Notes: generated by a model not told the origin, from the letters alone. Positions 34,513 through 46,012 are shown, counted from the stretch's first letter. The stretch is 64,000 nt of DNA from an uncultured Aquabacterium sp. (GCF_913773725.1 NZ_CAJYGK010000050.1:11962-75961), one strand, 5' to 3'. Program-made: numbers and translations.

Positions 34513-35922
34513 TCAGGCCAGACGACGGACGTCGACAAAGTGCCCTTCCATGGCCGCCGCGGCCGCCATGGCCGGGCTCACCAGATGGGTGCGACCGCCC
34601 GCGCCCTGACGACCTTCGAAGTTGCGGTTGCTGGTGGAGGCGCAGCGCTCACCGGGCTCCAGGCGGTCTGCGTTCATCGCCAGGCACATGGAGCAACCCG
34701 GCTCACGCCATTCGAACCCGGCAGCCTTGAAGATCTGGTCGAGGCCTTCGCGCTCGGCCTGCTCCTTCACGAGGCCCGAGCCCGGCACCACCAGCGCCAG
34801 CTTGATGTTCGAGGCCACGCGGCCCCCGATGCGCTTGACCACGGCCGCGGCTTCGCGCATGTCCTCGATGCGGCTGTTGGTGCACGAACCGATGAAGACC
34901 TTGTCGACGCGGATGTCGTTGATGGCCTTGTTCGGCTCGAGCGCCATGTACTGCAGCGCGCGCTCCATCGCCGAGCGCTTGACGGGGTCCTTTTCCTTGT
35001 CAGGATCGGGCACGCGGTCTTCGATGGACAGCACCATCTCTGGCGAGGTGCCCCAGGTGACCTGCGGCTTGATCTCGTCGGCGTTCAGCTCGACCACGGC
35101 GTCGAACACGGCATCCGGATCGGAGTGCAGCGTGCGCCAGTAGGCCACGGCCTGCTCCCACTCGACGCCAGTGGGCGTGAAGGGGCGACCCTTGACATAG
35201 TTGATCGTGGTGTCATCGACCGCCACCAGGCCGGCGCGGGCACCGGCTTCGATGGCCATGTTGCAGACCGTCATGCGGCCTTCCATGCTGAGCGCGCGGA
35301 TGGCGCTGCCGGCGAACTCGATGGTGTATCCCGTGCCGCCGGCCGTGCCGATCTTGCCGATGATGGCCAGCACGATGTCCTTGCCCGAACAGCCCTTGGG
35401 CAGCGTGCCCTCGACCTTCACGAGCATGTTCTTGGCCTTCTTGGCCAGCAGCGTCTGGGTGGCCATGACGTGCTCGACTTCCGACGTGCCGATGCCATGC
35501 GCCAGCGCGCCGAACGCGCCGTGGGTGGAGGTGTGGCTGTCGCCGCACACCACGGTCATGCCGGGCAGCGTCGCGCCCTGCTCAGGCCCGATCACGTGCA
35601 CGATGCCCTGGCGCTTGTCACCCATCTTGAACTGCGTGATGCCGAAGCGGTCGCAGTTCTTGTCCAGCGTGTCGACCTGCAGCTTGGAAACTGGATCCTT
35701 GATGCCTTCGCGACGGTCGGTCGTGGGCACGTTGTGGTCGCTCACGGCCAGGTTGGCCGACAGACGCCACAGCTTGCGGCCGGCGATGTCCAGGCCCTCG
35801 AACGCCTGGGGGCTGGTCACTTCGTGCACCAGCTGGCGGTCGATGTACAGGACGGCGGTGCCGTCTTCCTCGGTGTGGACGACGTGCTCGTCCCAGATCT
35901 TGTCGTAGAGGGTGCGTCCCAT
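34513..35922 (-). CDS. leuC: 3-isopropylmalate dehydratase large subunit
   Basis: [40 protein letters not shown]. Confidence 0.97.
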   Translation of the reverse strand: MGRTLYDKIWDEHVVHTEEDGTAVLYIDRQLVHEVTSPQAFEGLDIAGRKLWRLSANLAVSDHNVPTTDRREGIKDPVSKLQVDTLDKNCDRFGITQFKMGDKRQGIVHVIGPEQGATLPGMTVVCGDSHTSTHGAFGALAHGIGTSEVEHVMATQTLLAKKAKNMLVKVEGTLPKGCSGKDIVLAIIGKIGTAGGTGYTIEFAGSAIRALSMEGRMTVCNMAIEAGARAGLVAVDDTTINYVKGRPFTPTGVEWEQAVAYWRTLHSDPDAVFDAVVELNADEIKPQVTWGTSPEMVLSIEDRVPDPDKEKDPVKRSAMERALQYMALEPNKAINDIRVDKVFIGSCTNSRIEDMREAAAVVKRIGGRVASNIKLALVVPGSGLVKEQAEREGLDQIFKAAGFEWREPGCSMCLAMNADRLEPGERCASTSNRNFEGRQGAGGRTHLVSPAMAAAAAMEGHFVDVRRLA

Positions 35923-36130
35923 GGTGCTGCTGCGCGCGCGTACGCGTCCGGAAGGCCGCAAGGCCGGTGTGGGGAAAAGATGACGATTTTAGGGCAGATG
36001 GACACGCCCGGGACGCCCGCAAGGTCACCCAAGCCGATGACAGGCCGCGATCGCCCCCACTGACGGTCGCTCGCCCGCCCGAGAGGACGACCTTGCGGCG
36101 TACCGACCACAGACGCGCCACAATCAGACC

Positions 36131-37383
36131 ATGAACGCTGCCGAACGCCCCCCCCCAACGCTGCGGCCTGCGGGCCAGCCCTGCCGCCACCCCGGCTCAC
36201 GCTTGTCCCTGCCCGACGCCCAGCCGTGACCACGCTCAGCATGGTGATCGCTCTGGCCGTCTCGGCGTGCGGTGGAGGCGGAGGCGGCGGCCCCGTCGTG
36301 GGCCCGACGGGCTCTTCTGGCGCGGCCACCGGCGTGGTCACTGGGCTGGGCTCGGTGATCGTCAACGGCGTCCGCTTCGACGACGGCACCGCCCTCATTC
36401 GGGATGACAGCGGCGCGACCCGCACCCGAAGCGACCTCAAGCTCGGCATGGTGGTTGACGTCACTTCCGGTCCCATCAGCCCCGGCAGCGGGGACACCCT
36501 GGGTGCGGCCACCGCCACCCGCGTCCAGTACGGCAGCAGCATCAAGGGCCCGGTCACGGCCCGGAACCTCGTCGCCGGCACACTGACCGTTCTGGGGCAG
36601 ACGATCACCGTGCCGGCCGGCGTGGCGTTCGATGGCTACCCGAGCGGGTTGGGTGGCGTGGCGATCAACGACCTGATCGAGGTCCATGCACTCTTTGACC
36701 CGACCACGCAGACCTTCCGGGGCACCCGGATCGAAAAGGCAGCAAGCCTGGCTGAATGCAAGGTCGTCGGGGTCGCACAAAGCGTGGACCGCACGGCACG
36801 CTCGTTCGTGATCCGGAGCCTGGGTTTGAGTTACACAGCCGGCGCCACCCTGAACGGCCTGAACAACGCCACCACCGTCAAGGTGCGCATGCCCTACACC
36901 CCGGGTCTGGGTTGCGGTACCAGCGCGGTCACGGAGGTGTCGGCCCTCACGAGCAGCCCCGCGGAGGGCGCACAGGCCGAACTGGACGGTTTCATCACCG
37001 ACTACATCGGCAACACCAGCTTCAAGGTCAATGGCCTTCCGGTCCGCGCGGGCACGGCCATCACGGGGCTGGGCAACGGTGTGCGGGTCGAAGTCGAAGG
37101 CACGGTGCAGTCGGGCGTGCTGGTCGCCAGCCGCGTGGAACTGCGGAGCGGTGCGGTCAGCGATGACCGCATCCGCCTGTATGGCGTGCCCAGCACAGCA
37201 GCGTGAATCCCACGGACCAGACGCTGCTGCTGCGGGGGGGTGACGGTGTCCTATGCGACCGCCAGCCTCGAGAACGGCATCACGGTCGGCAACCTCGGTG
37301 GAGGCACGGCGCTGGAGGTTCGCGGCGATCTGGACGCCACCGGCACCCAGGTGGTGGCCACACGGATCCGGCCGGCCAACTGA
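36131..37383 (+). pseudogene. DUF5666-like repeat lipoprotein, apparently frameshifted at three simple-sequence sites
   Basis: Core ORF 36226-37206 has lipobox VSAC+GGGGGG and four beta-rich repeats. A fifth repeat (LRGVTVSY...LEVRG...VVATRI) continues out of frame to TGA 37381-37383. Lesions: C9 at 36148-36156, CAGCA duplication at 37191-37200, G7 at 37234-37240. Confidence 0.7.
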
Positions 37384-37417
37384 GCCAAGCACCCGCGGCG
37401 GGCGCCATTCGGAAAGC

Positions 37418-37446
37418 AAAAACCCCGGCCTGTTGCCGGGGTTTTT
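37418..37446. terminator. Bidirectional terminator between the DUF5666-like gene and gltA
   Basis: AAAAA-CCCCGGC-CTGTT-GCCGGGG-TTTTT. Confidence 0.9.
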
Positions 37447-37483
37447 CGCTGCGGGCCTGTCTGAACAGGCCCGATCACGTCGA

Positions 37484-38794
37484 TCAGCGCTTGCCGATCG
37501 GTGCGACGTCGCGCTTCTCGGCGCCGACGAACAGCTGACGGGGACGGCCGATCTTGTACTCGGGGTCGCCGATCATCTCGTCCAGCTGAGCAATCCAGCC
37601 CACGGTACGGGCCAGAGCGAAGATGGCGGTGAACAGCGGCACGGGGATGCCGATGGCGCGCTGCACGATGCCCGAGTAGAAGTCGACGTTCGGGTAGAGC
37701 TTGCGCTGCACGAAGTAGTCGTCTTCCAGAGCGATCTGCTCGAGCTTCTTGGCCAGGGCAAACAGCGGGTCGTTTTCGAGGCCCAGTTCGGCCAGCACTT
37801 CGTTGCAGGTTTCCTGCATCAGCTTGGCGCGCGGGTCGTAGTTCTTGTAGACGCGGTGACCGAAGCCCATCAGGCGCACGCCCGAGTTCTTGTCCTTCAC
37901 CTTTTCCATGAACTCGCCGACCTTCGAGATGCCGCCCATGGCCTGGATTTCCTCCAGCATGTTCAGGCAGGCCTCGTTGGCGCCACCGTGAGCCGGGCCC
38001 CACAGGCAGGCCACGCCGGCTGCGATCGCGGCAAACGGGTTGGTGCCCGACGAACCGCACAGACGCACGGTCGAGGTCGAGGCATTCTGTTCGTGGTCAG
38101 CGTGCAGGATGAAGATGCGGTCCATGGCGCGCTCGAGCACCGGGCTCACCTTGTACTCTTCGCACGGCGTGGCGAACATCATGCGCAGGAAGTTGCCGGC
38201 GTAAGACAGGTCGTTCTTCGGGTAGATGAACGGCTGGCCGATCGAGTACTTGTACGCCATGGCCACGAGCGTGGGCATCTTGGCGATCAGGCGGATCGCG
38301 GCGACCTTGCGGTGCTCGGGATTGTTGATGTCGGTGCTGTCGTGATAGAAGGCCGACAGAGCGCCGACCAGGCCGGTCAGCACGGCCATCGGGTGGGCGT
38401 CACGACGGAAACCACGCAGGAAGAACTGCATCTGCTCGTTGACCATGGTGTGCTTGGTCACGCGGCCGACGAAGTCGTCCTTCTCGCTCTGGTTCGGCAG
38501 CTCGCCGTTCAGCAGCAGGTAGCAGGTTTCCAGGAAGTCGCAGTTGGTGGCCAGCTGCTCGATCGGGTAGCCGCGGTACAGCAGCTCACCCTTGTCACCG
38601 TCGATGTAGGTGATCTTGGAATTGCAGGACGCCGTCGACAGGAAGCCCGGGTCATAGGTGAACTTGCCGGTCTGGCCGTACAGCTTGCGGATGTCAATCA
38701 CATCCGGGCCGACCGAGCCCTTGTAGATGGGCAGTTCCATGCTGGGGCTGCCGTCAGAGAACGACAGGGTGGCTTTCACGTCGGACGGGGTCAT
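37484..38794 (-). CDS. gltA: Citrate synthase (type II)
   Basis: [44 protein letters not shown]. Confidence 0.97.
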   Translation of the reverse strand: MTPSDVKATLSFSDGSPSMELPIYKGSVGPDVIDIRKLYGQTGKFTYDPGFLSTASCNSKITYIDGDKGELLYRGYPIEQLATNCDFLETCYLLLNGELPNQSEKDDFVGRVTKHTMVNEQMQFFLRGFRRDAHPMAVLTGLVGALSAFYHDSTDINNPEHRKVAAIRLIAKMPTLVAMAYKYSIGQPFIYPKNDLSYAGNFLRMMFATPCEEYKVSPVLERAMDRIFILHADHEQNASTSTVRLCGSSGTNPFAAIAAGVACLWGPAHGGANEACLNMLEEIQAMGGISKVGEFMEKVKDKNSGVRLMGFGHRVYKNYDPRAKLMQETCNEVLAELGLENDPLFALAKKLEQIALEDDYFVQRKLYPNVDFYSGIVQRAIGIPVPLFTAIFALARTVGWIAQLDEMIGDPEYKIGRPRQLFVGAEKRDVAPIGKR

Positions 38795-38907
38795 GAGCAC
38801 TCCTAAGGGGTGAGTCTTGTGAGAGAAAGTGGAAACTTTTGGTACCAGGGGTGACCGACAGCAATGCGCCCTCTGCAGTCCGCTTTCGCGGCATCAGAGG
38901 GCAGCAT

Positions 38908-39198
38908 TCAGGCCGGTCGGACCCGCATCATCGACAGCACCTGCAGGACTTCGGGATTGGCCAGATCGCCTTCGGGCTCCTTGCGGGCCAGCAGCAGATC
39001 CAGCAGATCATTGTCGGACAGGTCCATCAATTGAAGCAATCCCTGGACCAGCGGTGTGGTCAGGCGGTCACCGTGCTGTTCGAAGAAACGATCAATGAAG
39101 ATGTCGTTCTCCAGCAGCCCCCGACGGCACCGCCACCGCAGCCGACGCAGCGTGTCCGGGTCGGGCGTCAGATCGGCTGGAACGGTGGCAGAGGTCAT
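38908..39198 (-). CDS. sdhE: Succinate dehydrogenase FAD assembly factor
   Basis: LRWRCRRGLLEND...LMDLSDNDLLD. Confidence 0.92.
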   Translation of the reverse strand: MTSATVPADLTPDPDTLRRLRWRCRRGLLENDIFIDRFFEQHGDRLTTPLVQGLLQLMDLSDNDLLDLLLARKEPEGDLANPEVLQVLSMMRVRPA

Positions 39199-39249
39199 CG
39201 GGATGGGTGGGCTGGTCAGCACGTTGCGGGCAGGTGGCAGGAGCCGGGA

Positions 39250-39957
39250 TCAGACGGCACGCTTGACCATCAGTTCCTTGATCTTGCCGATGGCCTTCGT
39301 GGGGTTCAGGCCCTTCGGGCAGACGTCCACGCAGTTCATGATGGTGTGGCAACGGAACAGACGGTACGGGTCTTCCAGGTTGTCCAGGCGCTCGGCCGTG
39401 GCTTGATCGCGGCTGTCGGCGATGAAGCGGTAGGCCTGCAACAGACCGGCGGGGCCCACGAACTTGTCGGGGTTCCACCAGAAGCTGGGGCAGCTGGTCG
39501 AGCAGCTGGCGCACAGGATGCACTCGTACAGGCCGTCCAGCTCTTCGCGCTCTTCGGGCGACTGCAGGCGCTCCTTGTCGGGCGGCGGCGTGTCGTTGAC
39601 CAGGTACGGCTTGATCGAGTTGTACTGCTTGAAGAACTGCGTCATGTCCACGATCAGGTCGCGGACGACGGGCAGACCCGGCAGCGGCTTGAGCACGACC
39701 GTCTGCGGCAGGGTGCGCATGTTGGTCAGGCAGGCGAGGCCGTTCTTGCCGTTGATATTCATGGCGTCCGAACCGCACACGCCTTCACGGCACGAACGGC
39801 GGAACGACAGGGTGGGATCGACAGCCTTGAGCTTGACCAGGGCGTCCAGCAGCATGCGTTCGTTGCCGTCGAGTTCGATCTCGATGGTCTGCATGTAGGG
39901 CTTGGCGTCCTTGTCAGGATCGTAGCGATAGATCTGGAAAGTGCGCTTTTGGCTCAT
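39250..39957 (-). CDS. sdhB: Succinate dehydrogenase iron-sulfur subunit
   Basis: [35 protein letters not shown]. Confidence 0.98.
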   Translation of the reverse strand: MSQKRTFQIYRYDPDKDAKPYMQTIEIELDGNERMLLDALVKLKAVDPTLSFRRSCREGVCGSDAMNINGKNGLACLTNMRTLPQTVVLKPLPGLPVVRDLIVDMTQFFKQYNSIKPYLVNDTPPPDKERLQSPEEREELDGLYECILCASCSTSCPSFWWNPDKFVGPAGLLQAYRFIADSRDQATAERLDNLEDPYRLFRCHTIMNCVDVCPKGLNPTKAIGKIKELMVKRAV

Positions 39958-39986
39958 GATGAATTCCTAATGCTGGGTCGCTTCGA

Positions 39987-41765
39987 TCAGAAGGTACGGA
40001 CCTTCGGCGGCACCGATTCCACGGTCAGCGGCTTGAGGTTCACAGGCTTGTAGTCCAGGCGGTTGCCTTCGGAATACCACAGCGAGTGCTTCATCCAGTT
40101 GTCGTCGTCGCGGTTCGGGAAGTCGTTGTGGGCGTGGGCGCCACGCGACTCCGGACGGGCGGCGGCCGACACCATCGTGGCCTGGGCGGCTTCGATGAGG
40201 TTCTCGACTTCCAGCGCCTCGATGCGGGCGGTGTTGAAGACCTTGGAGTTGTCCTTCAGGCCGATGCTCTTCACGCGCTCGCGGACCTCGGCGATCTTCT
40301 TGACGCCCTCTTCCATCGAAGCCTGGGTGCGGAACACGCCAGCGTGCTTCTGCATGGTCGAGCGGATGTCGTTGGCGACGTCCTGGCAGTACTCGCCGTT
40401 CTTCTGGTTGTCCAGACGGGCCAGACGCGACAGGGTGTAGTCGGCAGCGTCCTTCGGCAGCGGCTTGTGGTTCTTGGTCTTGAGGTTGAAGTCGACGATG
40501 TGGTTGCCGGCGGCACGGCCGAACACCACGAGGTCGAGCAGCGAGTTGGTGCCCAGGCGGTTGGCGCCGTGCACCGACACGCAGGAGCACTCACCCACGG
40601 CGTACAGACCGTTGATGATCTCGTTGGGCTTGCCGTTGGCCGGCACCACGACCTGGCCGTGCACGTTCGTCGGAATGCCACCCATCTGGTAGTGGATGGT
40701 CGGCACCACGGGGATCGGCTCCTTGGTGATGTCGACGTTGGCGAAGTTGTGGCCGATCTCGTACACCGAGGGCAGACGCTTCATGATCGTCTCGGCGCCC
40801 AGGTGGGTCATGTCCAGCAGCACGTAGTCCTTGTTGGGACCGCAGCCTCGGCCTTCCTTGATTTCCTGGTCCATCGAGCGGGACACGAAGTCACGCGGAG
40901 CCAGGTCCTTCAGGGTCGGGGCGTAGCGTTCCATGAAGCGCTCGCCGTTGGCGTTGCGCAGGATGGCGCCTTCGCCGCGGCAGCCTTCGGTCAGCAGCAC
41001 GCCCGCGCCGGCCACGCCGGTGGGGTGGAACTGCCAGAACTCCATGTCTTCCAGCGGGATGCCGGCGCGCGCCGCCATGCCCAGGCCGTCACCGGTGTTG
41101 ATGAAGGCGTTGGTGGAAGCCTGATAGATGCGGCCGGCGCCACCGGTGGCGAACAGCACGGTCTTGGCGTGCAGGATGTGCACGTCGCCGGTTTCCATTT
41201 CGAGGGCGGTCACACCCACCACGTCGCCGTCGGCGTCGCGGATCAGGTCGAGGGCCATCCACTCCACGAAGAACTGGGTGCGGGCCTTGACGTTCTGCTG
41301 GTACAGCGTGTGCAACAGGGCGTGGCCGGTACGGTCGGCCGCGGCGCAGGCGCGCTGCACGGGCTTTTCACCGTAGTTGGCGGTGTGGCCGCCGAACGGA
41401 CGCTGGTAGATGGTGCCGTCGGGGTTGCGGTCGAACGGCATGCCGAAGTGCTCGAGCTCGTACACGACCTTCGGCGCTTCACGGCACATGAACTCGATGG
41501 CGTCCTGGTCGCCCAGCCAGTCGGAGCCCTTGACGGTGTCGAAGAAGTGATAGTGCCAGTTGTCTTCCGACATGTTGCCCAGCGAGGCGCCGATGCCGCC
41601 CTGTGCGGCCACGGTGTGCGAGCGGGTCGGGAAGACCTTGGACAGGACGGCGACGTTCAGGCCGGCCAGGGAGAGCTGCAGCGAGGCACGCATGCCGGAG
41701 CCGCCGGCACCCACGATGACGACGTCAAACTTGCGGGTGGGAAGAGAGGTAGCGATAGCGGTCAT
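39987..41765 (-). CDS. sdhA: Succinate dehydrogenase flavoprotein subunit
   Basis: GAGGSG, RSHTVAAQGG (FAD-binding His), QFHPT, HGANRLG. Confidence 0.98.
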   Translation of the reverse strand: MTAIATSLPTRKFDVVIVGAGGSGMRASLQLSLAGLNVAVLSKVFPTRSHTVAAQGGIGASLGNMSEDNWHYHFFDTVKGSDWLGDQDAIEFMCREAPKVVYELEHFGMPFDRNPDGTIYQRPFGGHTANYGEKPVQRACAAADRTGHALLHTLYQQNVKARTQFFVEWMALDLIRDADGDVVGVTALEMETGDVHILHAKTVLFATGGAGRIYQASTNAFINTGDGLGMAARAGIPLEDMEFWQFHPTGVAGAGVLLTEGCRGEGAILRNANGERFMERYAPTLKDLAPRDFVSRSMDQEIKEGRGCGPNKDYVLLDMTHLGAETIMKRLPSVYEIGHNFANVDITKEPIPVVPTIHYQMGGIPTNVHGQVVVPANGKPNEIINGLYAVGECSCVSVHGANRLGTNSLLDLVVFGRAAGNHIVDFNLKTKNHKPLPKDAADYTLSRLARLDNQKNGEYCQDVANDIRSTMQKHAGVFRTQASMEEGVKKIAEVRERVKSIGLKDNSKVFNTARIEALEVENLIEAAQATMVSAAARPESRGAHAHNDFPNRDDDNWMKHSLWYSEGNRLDYKPVNLKPLTVESVPPKVRTF

Positions 41766-41768
41766 TTT

Positions 41769-42131
41769 TTACAGTCTCCACAGCACTTGGATGGCCCAGC
41801 CGGCACAGCCGACCAGCCACACGATCGAGAACACCTGAAGCGTCAGGCGGATGCCGACCGGCTTGATGTAGTCCATGAAGAGGTCACGCATGCCGACCCA
41901 CACGTGGTAAAGCATGGCGATGATGACGACGAAGGTCAGCGTCTTCATCCACTGCTGGGAGAAGATGCCGGCCCACTTGTCGTAGCCGAGCGGGCCACCG
42001 AAGATGACCTGCACCAGCAGGACGATGGTGAACAGGGCCATCAGAACGGCCGTGATGCGCTGCGCCAACCAGTCGCGCAGACCATAGCTGGCACCGGTGA
42101 CGATGCGCTTGGTTCCGTAGTTTTGGGACAT
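41769..42131 (-). CDS. sdhD: Succinate dehydrogenase membrane anchor
   Basis: GLRDWLAQRITA, HVWVGMRDLFMDY. Confidence 0.95.
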   Translation of the reverse strand: MSQNYGTKRIVTGASYGLRDWLAQRITAVLMALFTIVLLVQVIFGGPLGYDKWAGIFSQQWMKTLTFVVIIAMLYHVWVGMRDLFMDYIKPVGIRLTLQVFSIVWLVGCAGWAIQVLWRL

Positions 42132-42153
42132 GCTTGCTTTCCTGAAACAGTGA

Positions 42154-42573
42154 TCAGAACAGACCGAACAGCTTGGCGCCCAGCACGACGGTCAGCGCGA
42201 TGCTGACAGCCAGGGTCGTCACAGCGGTCGACTTGCCGGTTTCCTTGGAGTAGGAATGCGACACCTCCATCAGCAGGTGACGGAGGCCGGCGCAGAAGTG
42301 GTGCAGGTAGGCCCAGATCAGGCCAAGAACGACGAGCTTGAAGAACCAGCCAGCCTGGCCCGTGAAGACGGCCGTGAACTCGTCGTACGAGATCTCGGTC
42401 GAGACGCTCTTGTCGAACATCCAGATGATGAAGGGCATCAGCAGGAACATGACGGCACCGCTGATGCGATGCAGGATCGACACGATGCCGGCGGCGGGCA
42501 GCCTGTAGGCAAGGATGTCGGTGACGTGGATGTTCCGGTAGACGGGGCGTGGGGTTTTCGCGTTGTCAGCCAT
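42154..42573 (-). CDS. sdhC: Succinate dehydrogenase cytochrome b556 subunit
   Basis: RPVYRNI, SILHRISG, HHFCAGLRHL. Confidence 0.95.
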   Translation of the reverse strand: MADNAKTPRPVYRNIHVTDILAYRLPAAGIVSILHRISGAVMFLLMPFIIWMFDKSVSTEISYDEFTAVFTGQAGWFFKLVVLGLIWAYLHHFCAGLRHLLMEVSHSYSKETGKSTAVTTLAVSIALTVVLGAKLFGLF

Positions 42574-42720
42574 GTTGTGTGGGGCTCCTGCCGAGCGTCA
42601 TTAATCTGTCAAGAGAACACGGGATTTTAGGGCAATCCCCAGCCCGACGATCTCGTTCTGCTTTTGGTCAAAACTGCTTCAGACCCAAGCAGAACGGGGG
42701 ACTCGTGAAAACGTTTTCGG

Positions 42721-43560
42721 TCAGCTCAACTCGTTGCGGTAGTAATGTCGTTCGGTGCAATACAGGCCACGGCGCAGCTCGACGGGCTGATCGCCATAGG
42801 TCAGCGACAGACGTTCGACACTGAGCAGCGGCGCGCCCACCGGCACCTGAAGGGCCTGGGCAATGTCGGCATCGGCCGTCACCGCGCGGAGTTTTTCTTC
42901 GGCGCGGATCATCCGCACCCCGAATTCGGATTCGAACAGCCCGTACATCGGGCCACGGTATTCACTGAGGCGGTCTGCCGTCAGCCCCTTGAAGAGGCGA
43001 CCGGGCAGCCAGATGTCGTCGAACACGACAGGGCGCCCCGAAAAGTGCAGCACGCGGCGGATCTCGACCACCATGTCGCCCGGCTTGAGGTGGAGCGCGC
43101 GCGCCACATCGGCGGGCGCACGCAGGCGGCGGCAATCGAGGAATTCGCGCTTGGAACCGGACGGATCGGCGTCCGGTTGATCGGGCATCAGACGCAGGAA
43201 GCGGTACTGAACCTGCTCTTCGGCGTGGGTGGCCACGAAAGTGCCCTTGCCCTGACGGCGCGTCAGGAGGTTCTCGGCCGCCAGCTCATCGACCGCCTTG
43301 CGCACGGTCCCCTGGCTGACCTTGAAACGGGCCGCCAACTCGATTTCGCTGGGGATGGCCTCGCCCGGACGCCACTCGCCGGACTGCAGACTGCGAAGGA
43401 TCAGGGCCTTGATCTGCTGGTACAGCGGACTGAAGGACGGCCCCGACGCAGACGCAGACGACCCACCCGTGGGCAGGGCGGTATCGGCAGCGGAGGTAGG
43501 CGGAGGGGTCACCACAGCGTGTCGGCTTGTCTTGGGGGCGATCTTGGTACGATCGGTCAT
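42721..43560 (-). CDS. GntR/HutC-subfamily regulator (SdhR-like) with UTRA domain
   Basis: PLYQQIK...IPSEIELAARFKVSQGTVRKA...RRQGKGTFV; UTRA-type C-terminus; upstream of sdhC and divergent from mdh. Confidence 0.9.
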   Translation of the reverse strand: MTDRTKIAPKTSRHAVVTPPPTSAADTALPTGGSSASASGPSFSPLYQQIKALILRSLQSGEWRPGEAIPSEIELAARFKVSQGTVRKAVDELAAENLLTRRQGKGTFVATHAEEQVQYRFLRLMPDQPDADPSGSKREFLDCRRLRAPADVARALHLKPGDMVVEIRRVLHFSGRPVVFDDIWLPGRLFKGLTADRLSEYRGPMYGLFESEFGVRMIRAEEKLRAVTADADIAQALQVPVGAPLLSVERLSLTYGDQPVELRRGLYCTERHYYRNELS

Positions 43561-43640
43561 GCGTCGGTCAGGCCGGATAAGGCCAGGCCGGGCGGTATTG
43601 CACCACAATCGGCTCTGGCACGCAACAAATCTGACGAATG

Positions 43641-43658
43641 ATGTCTTATATAAGACAT
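43641..43658. promoter_or_regulatory. Perfect 18-bp palindromic operator (probable GntR/SdhR site) between the gntR gene and mdh
   Basis: ATGTCTTATATAAGACAT, followed by an extra AAGAC. Confidence 0.8.
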
Positions 43659-43758
43659 AAGACCCCTGACTTTAACAGAATCTAGCCAGGAAGGCCGTCA
43701 CGGCGCTACACTTGCGGGTTTGTTCCACCCGTCCGTCACCACCTCTTCGGAGTTGCAT

Positions 43759-44745
43759 ATGAGCAAAGCACCCGTTCGCGTCGCCGTCACCGGCGCTGCT
43801 GGCCAGATTGGCTACGCCCTCCTGTTCCGCATCGCCTCTGGCGAAATGCTGGGCAAGGACCAGCCCGTGATCCTGCAACTGCTGGAGATCCCTGACGAGA
43901 AGGCCCAGAACGCCCTGAAGGGCGTGATCATGGAGCTGGAAGACTGCGCCTTCCCGCTGCTGGCCGGCATCGAAGCCCACAGCGACCCGATGACCGCCTT
44001 CAAGGACACCGACTACGCCCTGCTGGTCGGCGCCCGCCCCCGTGGCCCCGGCATGGAGCGCGCCGACCTGCTGGCCGCCAACGCCCAGATCTTCACCGCC
44101 CAGGGCAAGGCCCTGAACGCCGTGGCTTCGCGCAACGTGAAGGTGCTGGTCGTCGGCAACCCCGCCAACACCAACGCCTACATCGCCATGAAGTCGGCTC
44201 CGGATCTGCCGGCCAAGAACTTCACCGCCATGCTGCGTCTGGACCACAACCGCGCTGCTTCGCAGATCGCCGCCAAGATCGGCTGCGCCGTGGGCGACAT
44301 CGAGAAGCTGGCCGTGTGGGGCAACCACTCGCCCACGATGTACGCTGACTACCGTTTCGCCACCGTGAACGGCAAGTCGGTCAAGGACACCATCAACGAC
44401 CACGACTGGAACGCCAACGTGTTCCTGCCGACCGTGGGCAAGCGTGGCGCCGCCATCATCGCCGCTCGCGGCCTGTCGTCGGCCGCTTCGGCTGCCAACG
44501 CTGCCATCGACCACATGCGCGACTGGGCCCTGGGCACCAACGGCAAGTGGGTCACGATGGGCATCCCGTCGAACGGCGAATACGGCATCCCCAAGGAAGT
44601 CATGTTCGGCTATCCCGTCACCTGCGAAGGCGGCGAGTACAAGATCGTCGAAGGTCTGGAGATCGATGCCTTCTCGCAAGAGTGCATCAACAAGACCCTG
44701 GCCGAGTTGCAGGGCGAGCAGGACGGCGTGAAGCACCTGCTGTGA
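43759..44745 (+). CDS. mdh: Malate dehydrogenase
   Basis: [30 protein letters not shown]; start MSKAPV. Confidence 0.97.
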   Translation: MSKAPVRVAVTGAAGQIGYALLFRIASGEMLGKDQPVILQLLEIPDEKAQNALKGVIMELEDCAFPLLAGIEAHSDPMTAFKDTDYALLVGARPRGPGMERADLLAANAQIFTAQGKALNAVASRNVKVLVVGNPANTNAYIAMKSAPDLPAKNFTAMLRLDHNRAASQIAAKIGCAVGDIEKLAVWGNHSPTMYADYRFATVNGKSVKDTINDHDWNANVFLPTVGKRGAAIIAARGLSSAASAANAAIDHMRDWALGTNGKWVTMGIPSNGEYGIPKEVMFGYPVTCEGGEYKIVEGLEIDAFSQECINKTLAELQGEQDGVKHLL

Positions 44746-44787
44746 TGCCTGGGCTCTGAGTTTCAGAGCCTCTGCAGATCGCACACC

Positions 44788-44821
44788 AACCGGCCCGTGG
44801 CAACACGGTGCCGGTTTTTTG
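44788..44821 (+). terminator. Terminator after mdh
   Basis: AACCGGC-CCGTG-GCAA-CACGG-T-GCCGGTT followed by a T run. Confidence 0.75.
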
Positions 44822-44952
44822 TTGCCCGGTTTTTGTTACCTGAGGTTGAGGCTGTGCGCAGTGCGTGCAACCCGTCATGCATCAGGGGCATTTTTTGGGC
44901 GAGACTGGCGGCATCGCGGCTGACCCGCCCTTCTTGCATCGAGCACAGCACC

Positions 44953-45969
44953 ATGTCGACCCTGACCGCCATCCACCCGCGCCATGCGTTGTTCGGCGCC
45001 GAGAAGCCCACGCCGATGCTGCCGGTGTGCGATCACTACGCTGGCGTCGAAGAGCGCATGCGCAAGAGCCTCGCGCTACAGGCGGAGATGGCCGAGGAGG
45101 CGGGACGGCCTGTGTTCGACGTGACCCTGGACCTGGAGGACGGAGCGCCAGTGGGCGGCGAGCACGAACACGCCTTGCTGGTGGCCGAGCTTGTGGACAG
45201 CACCGCCAACGTTCACAACCGGGTGGGCGCCCGTGTGCACGACTACCGTCACAAGCGCTTCGAGGACGACATCGACACGCTGATCGCCCGCGCGGGCGAG
45301 CGGCTGGCCTACATCATGGTGCCCAAGCTGGCCAACGTGGACGATGCCCGCGGGGCCATCGAGGCCATCCGGCAGGCCCGGGTCCGCCACAACATCGGAC
45401 GGGCGCTGCCGGTGCACGGCCTGATCGAAACCCACAAAGCCGTGCAGCAGGTGGCAGAGATCGCGGCGCTGCCCGGCCTGGAGTCGCTGTCGTTCGGATT
45501 GATGGATTTCGTGTCGGATCACCGTGGTGCGGTGCCCGCCTCGGCCATGAGCGTGAAAGGTCAGTTCAGCCACCCCCTCGTTGTGCGGGCCAAGCTGGAG
45601 ATCTCGGCCGCGTGCCACGCGGCCGGCATCACACCCTCGCATTGCGTGGTGACGGAGTTCAAGGACAGCCGGGCCCTGAGCGAAGCGGCAGAGAAAGCCA
45701 CGCGGGAGCTGGGCTACACGCGCATGTGGAGCATCCACCCCGACCAGATCCCGGTGATCGTGGAGGCCTTCGCGCCGGTGACGGCCGAAGTGGACGACGC
45801 CATCGAGATCCTGACGGCGGCGCAGGCCGCGCACTGGGCGCCCACGGCCCACCGCAAGGTGCTGCACGACCGCGCCAGCTACCGGCATTACTGGCACGTT
45901 CTGGAGCGGGCCTGGCTGACCGGACAGCCGCTTCCGGCCGACATCGAAGAGGCGTTTTTCGGCGCGTGA
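44953..45969 (+). CDS. HpcH/HpaI aldolase / CitE-like acyl-CoA lyase
   Basis: TLDLEDGA, IMVPK, GLIET, LSFGLMDF, MWSIHP.QI. Confidence 0.85.
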   Translation: MSTLTAIHPRHALFGAEKPTPMLPVCDHYAGVEERMRKSLALQAEMAEEAGRPVFDVTLDLEDGAPVGGEHEHALLVAELVDSTANVHNRVGARVHDYRHKRFEDDIDTLIARAGERLAYIMVPKLANVDDARGAIEAIRQARVRHNIGRALPVHGLIETHKAVQQVAEIAALPGLESLSFGLMDFVSDHRGAVPASAMSVKGQFSHPLVVRAKLEISAACHAAGITPSHCVVTEFKDSRALSEAAEKATRELGYTRMWSIHPDQIPVIVEAFAPVTAEVDDAIEILTAAQAAHWAPTAHRKVLHDRASYRHYWHVLERAWLTGQPLPADIEEAFFGA

Positions 45970-46012
45970 TGACCACAAACCGCGCGGTGTGCGCACAGCC
46001 TCCCGGTTCAGC

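Noticed and set aside
37203-37538. Independent 111-aa ORF after the DUF5666-like gene
   Set aside because: It runs through the terminator into gltA; its first residues are the out-of-frame continuation of the broken lipoprotein gene.
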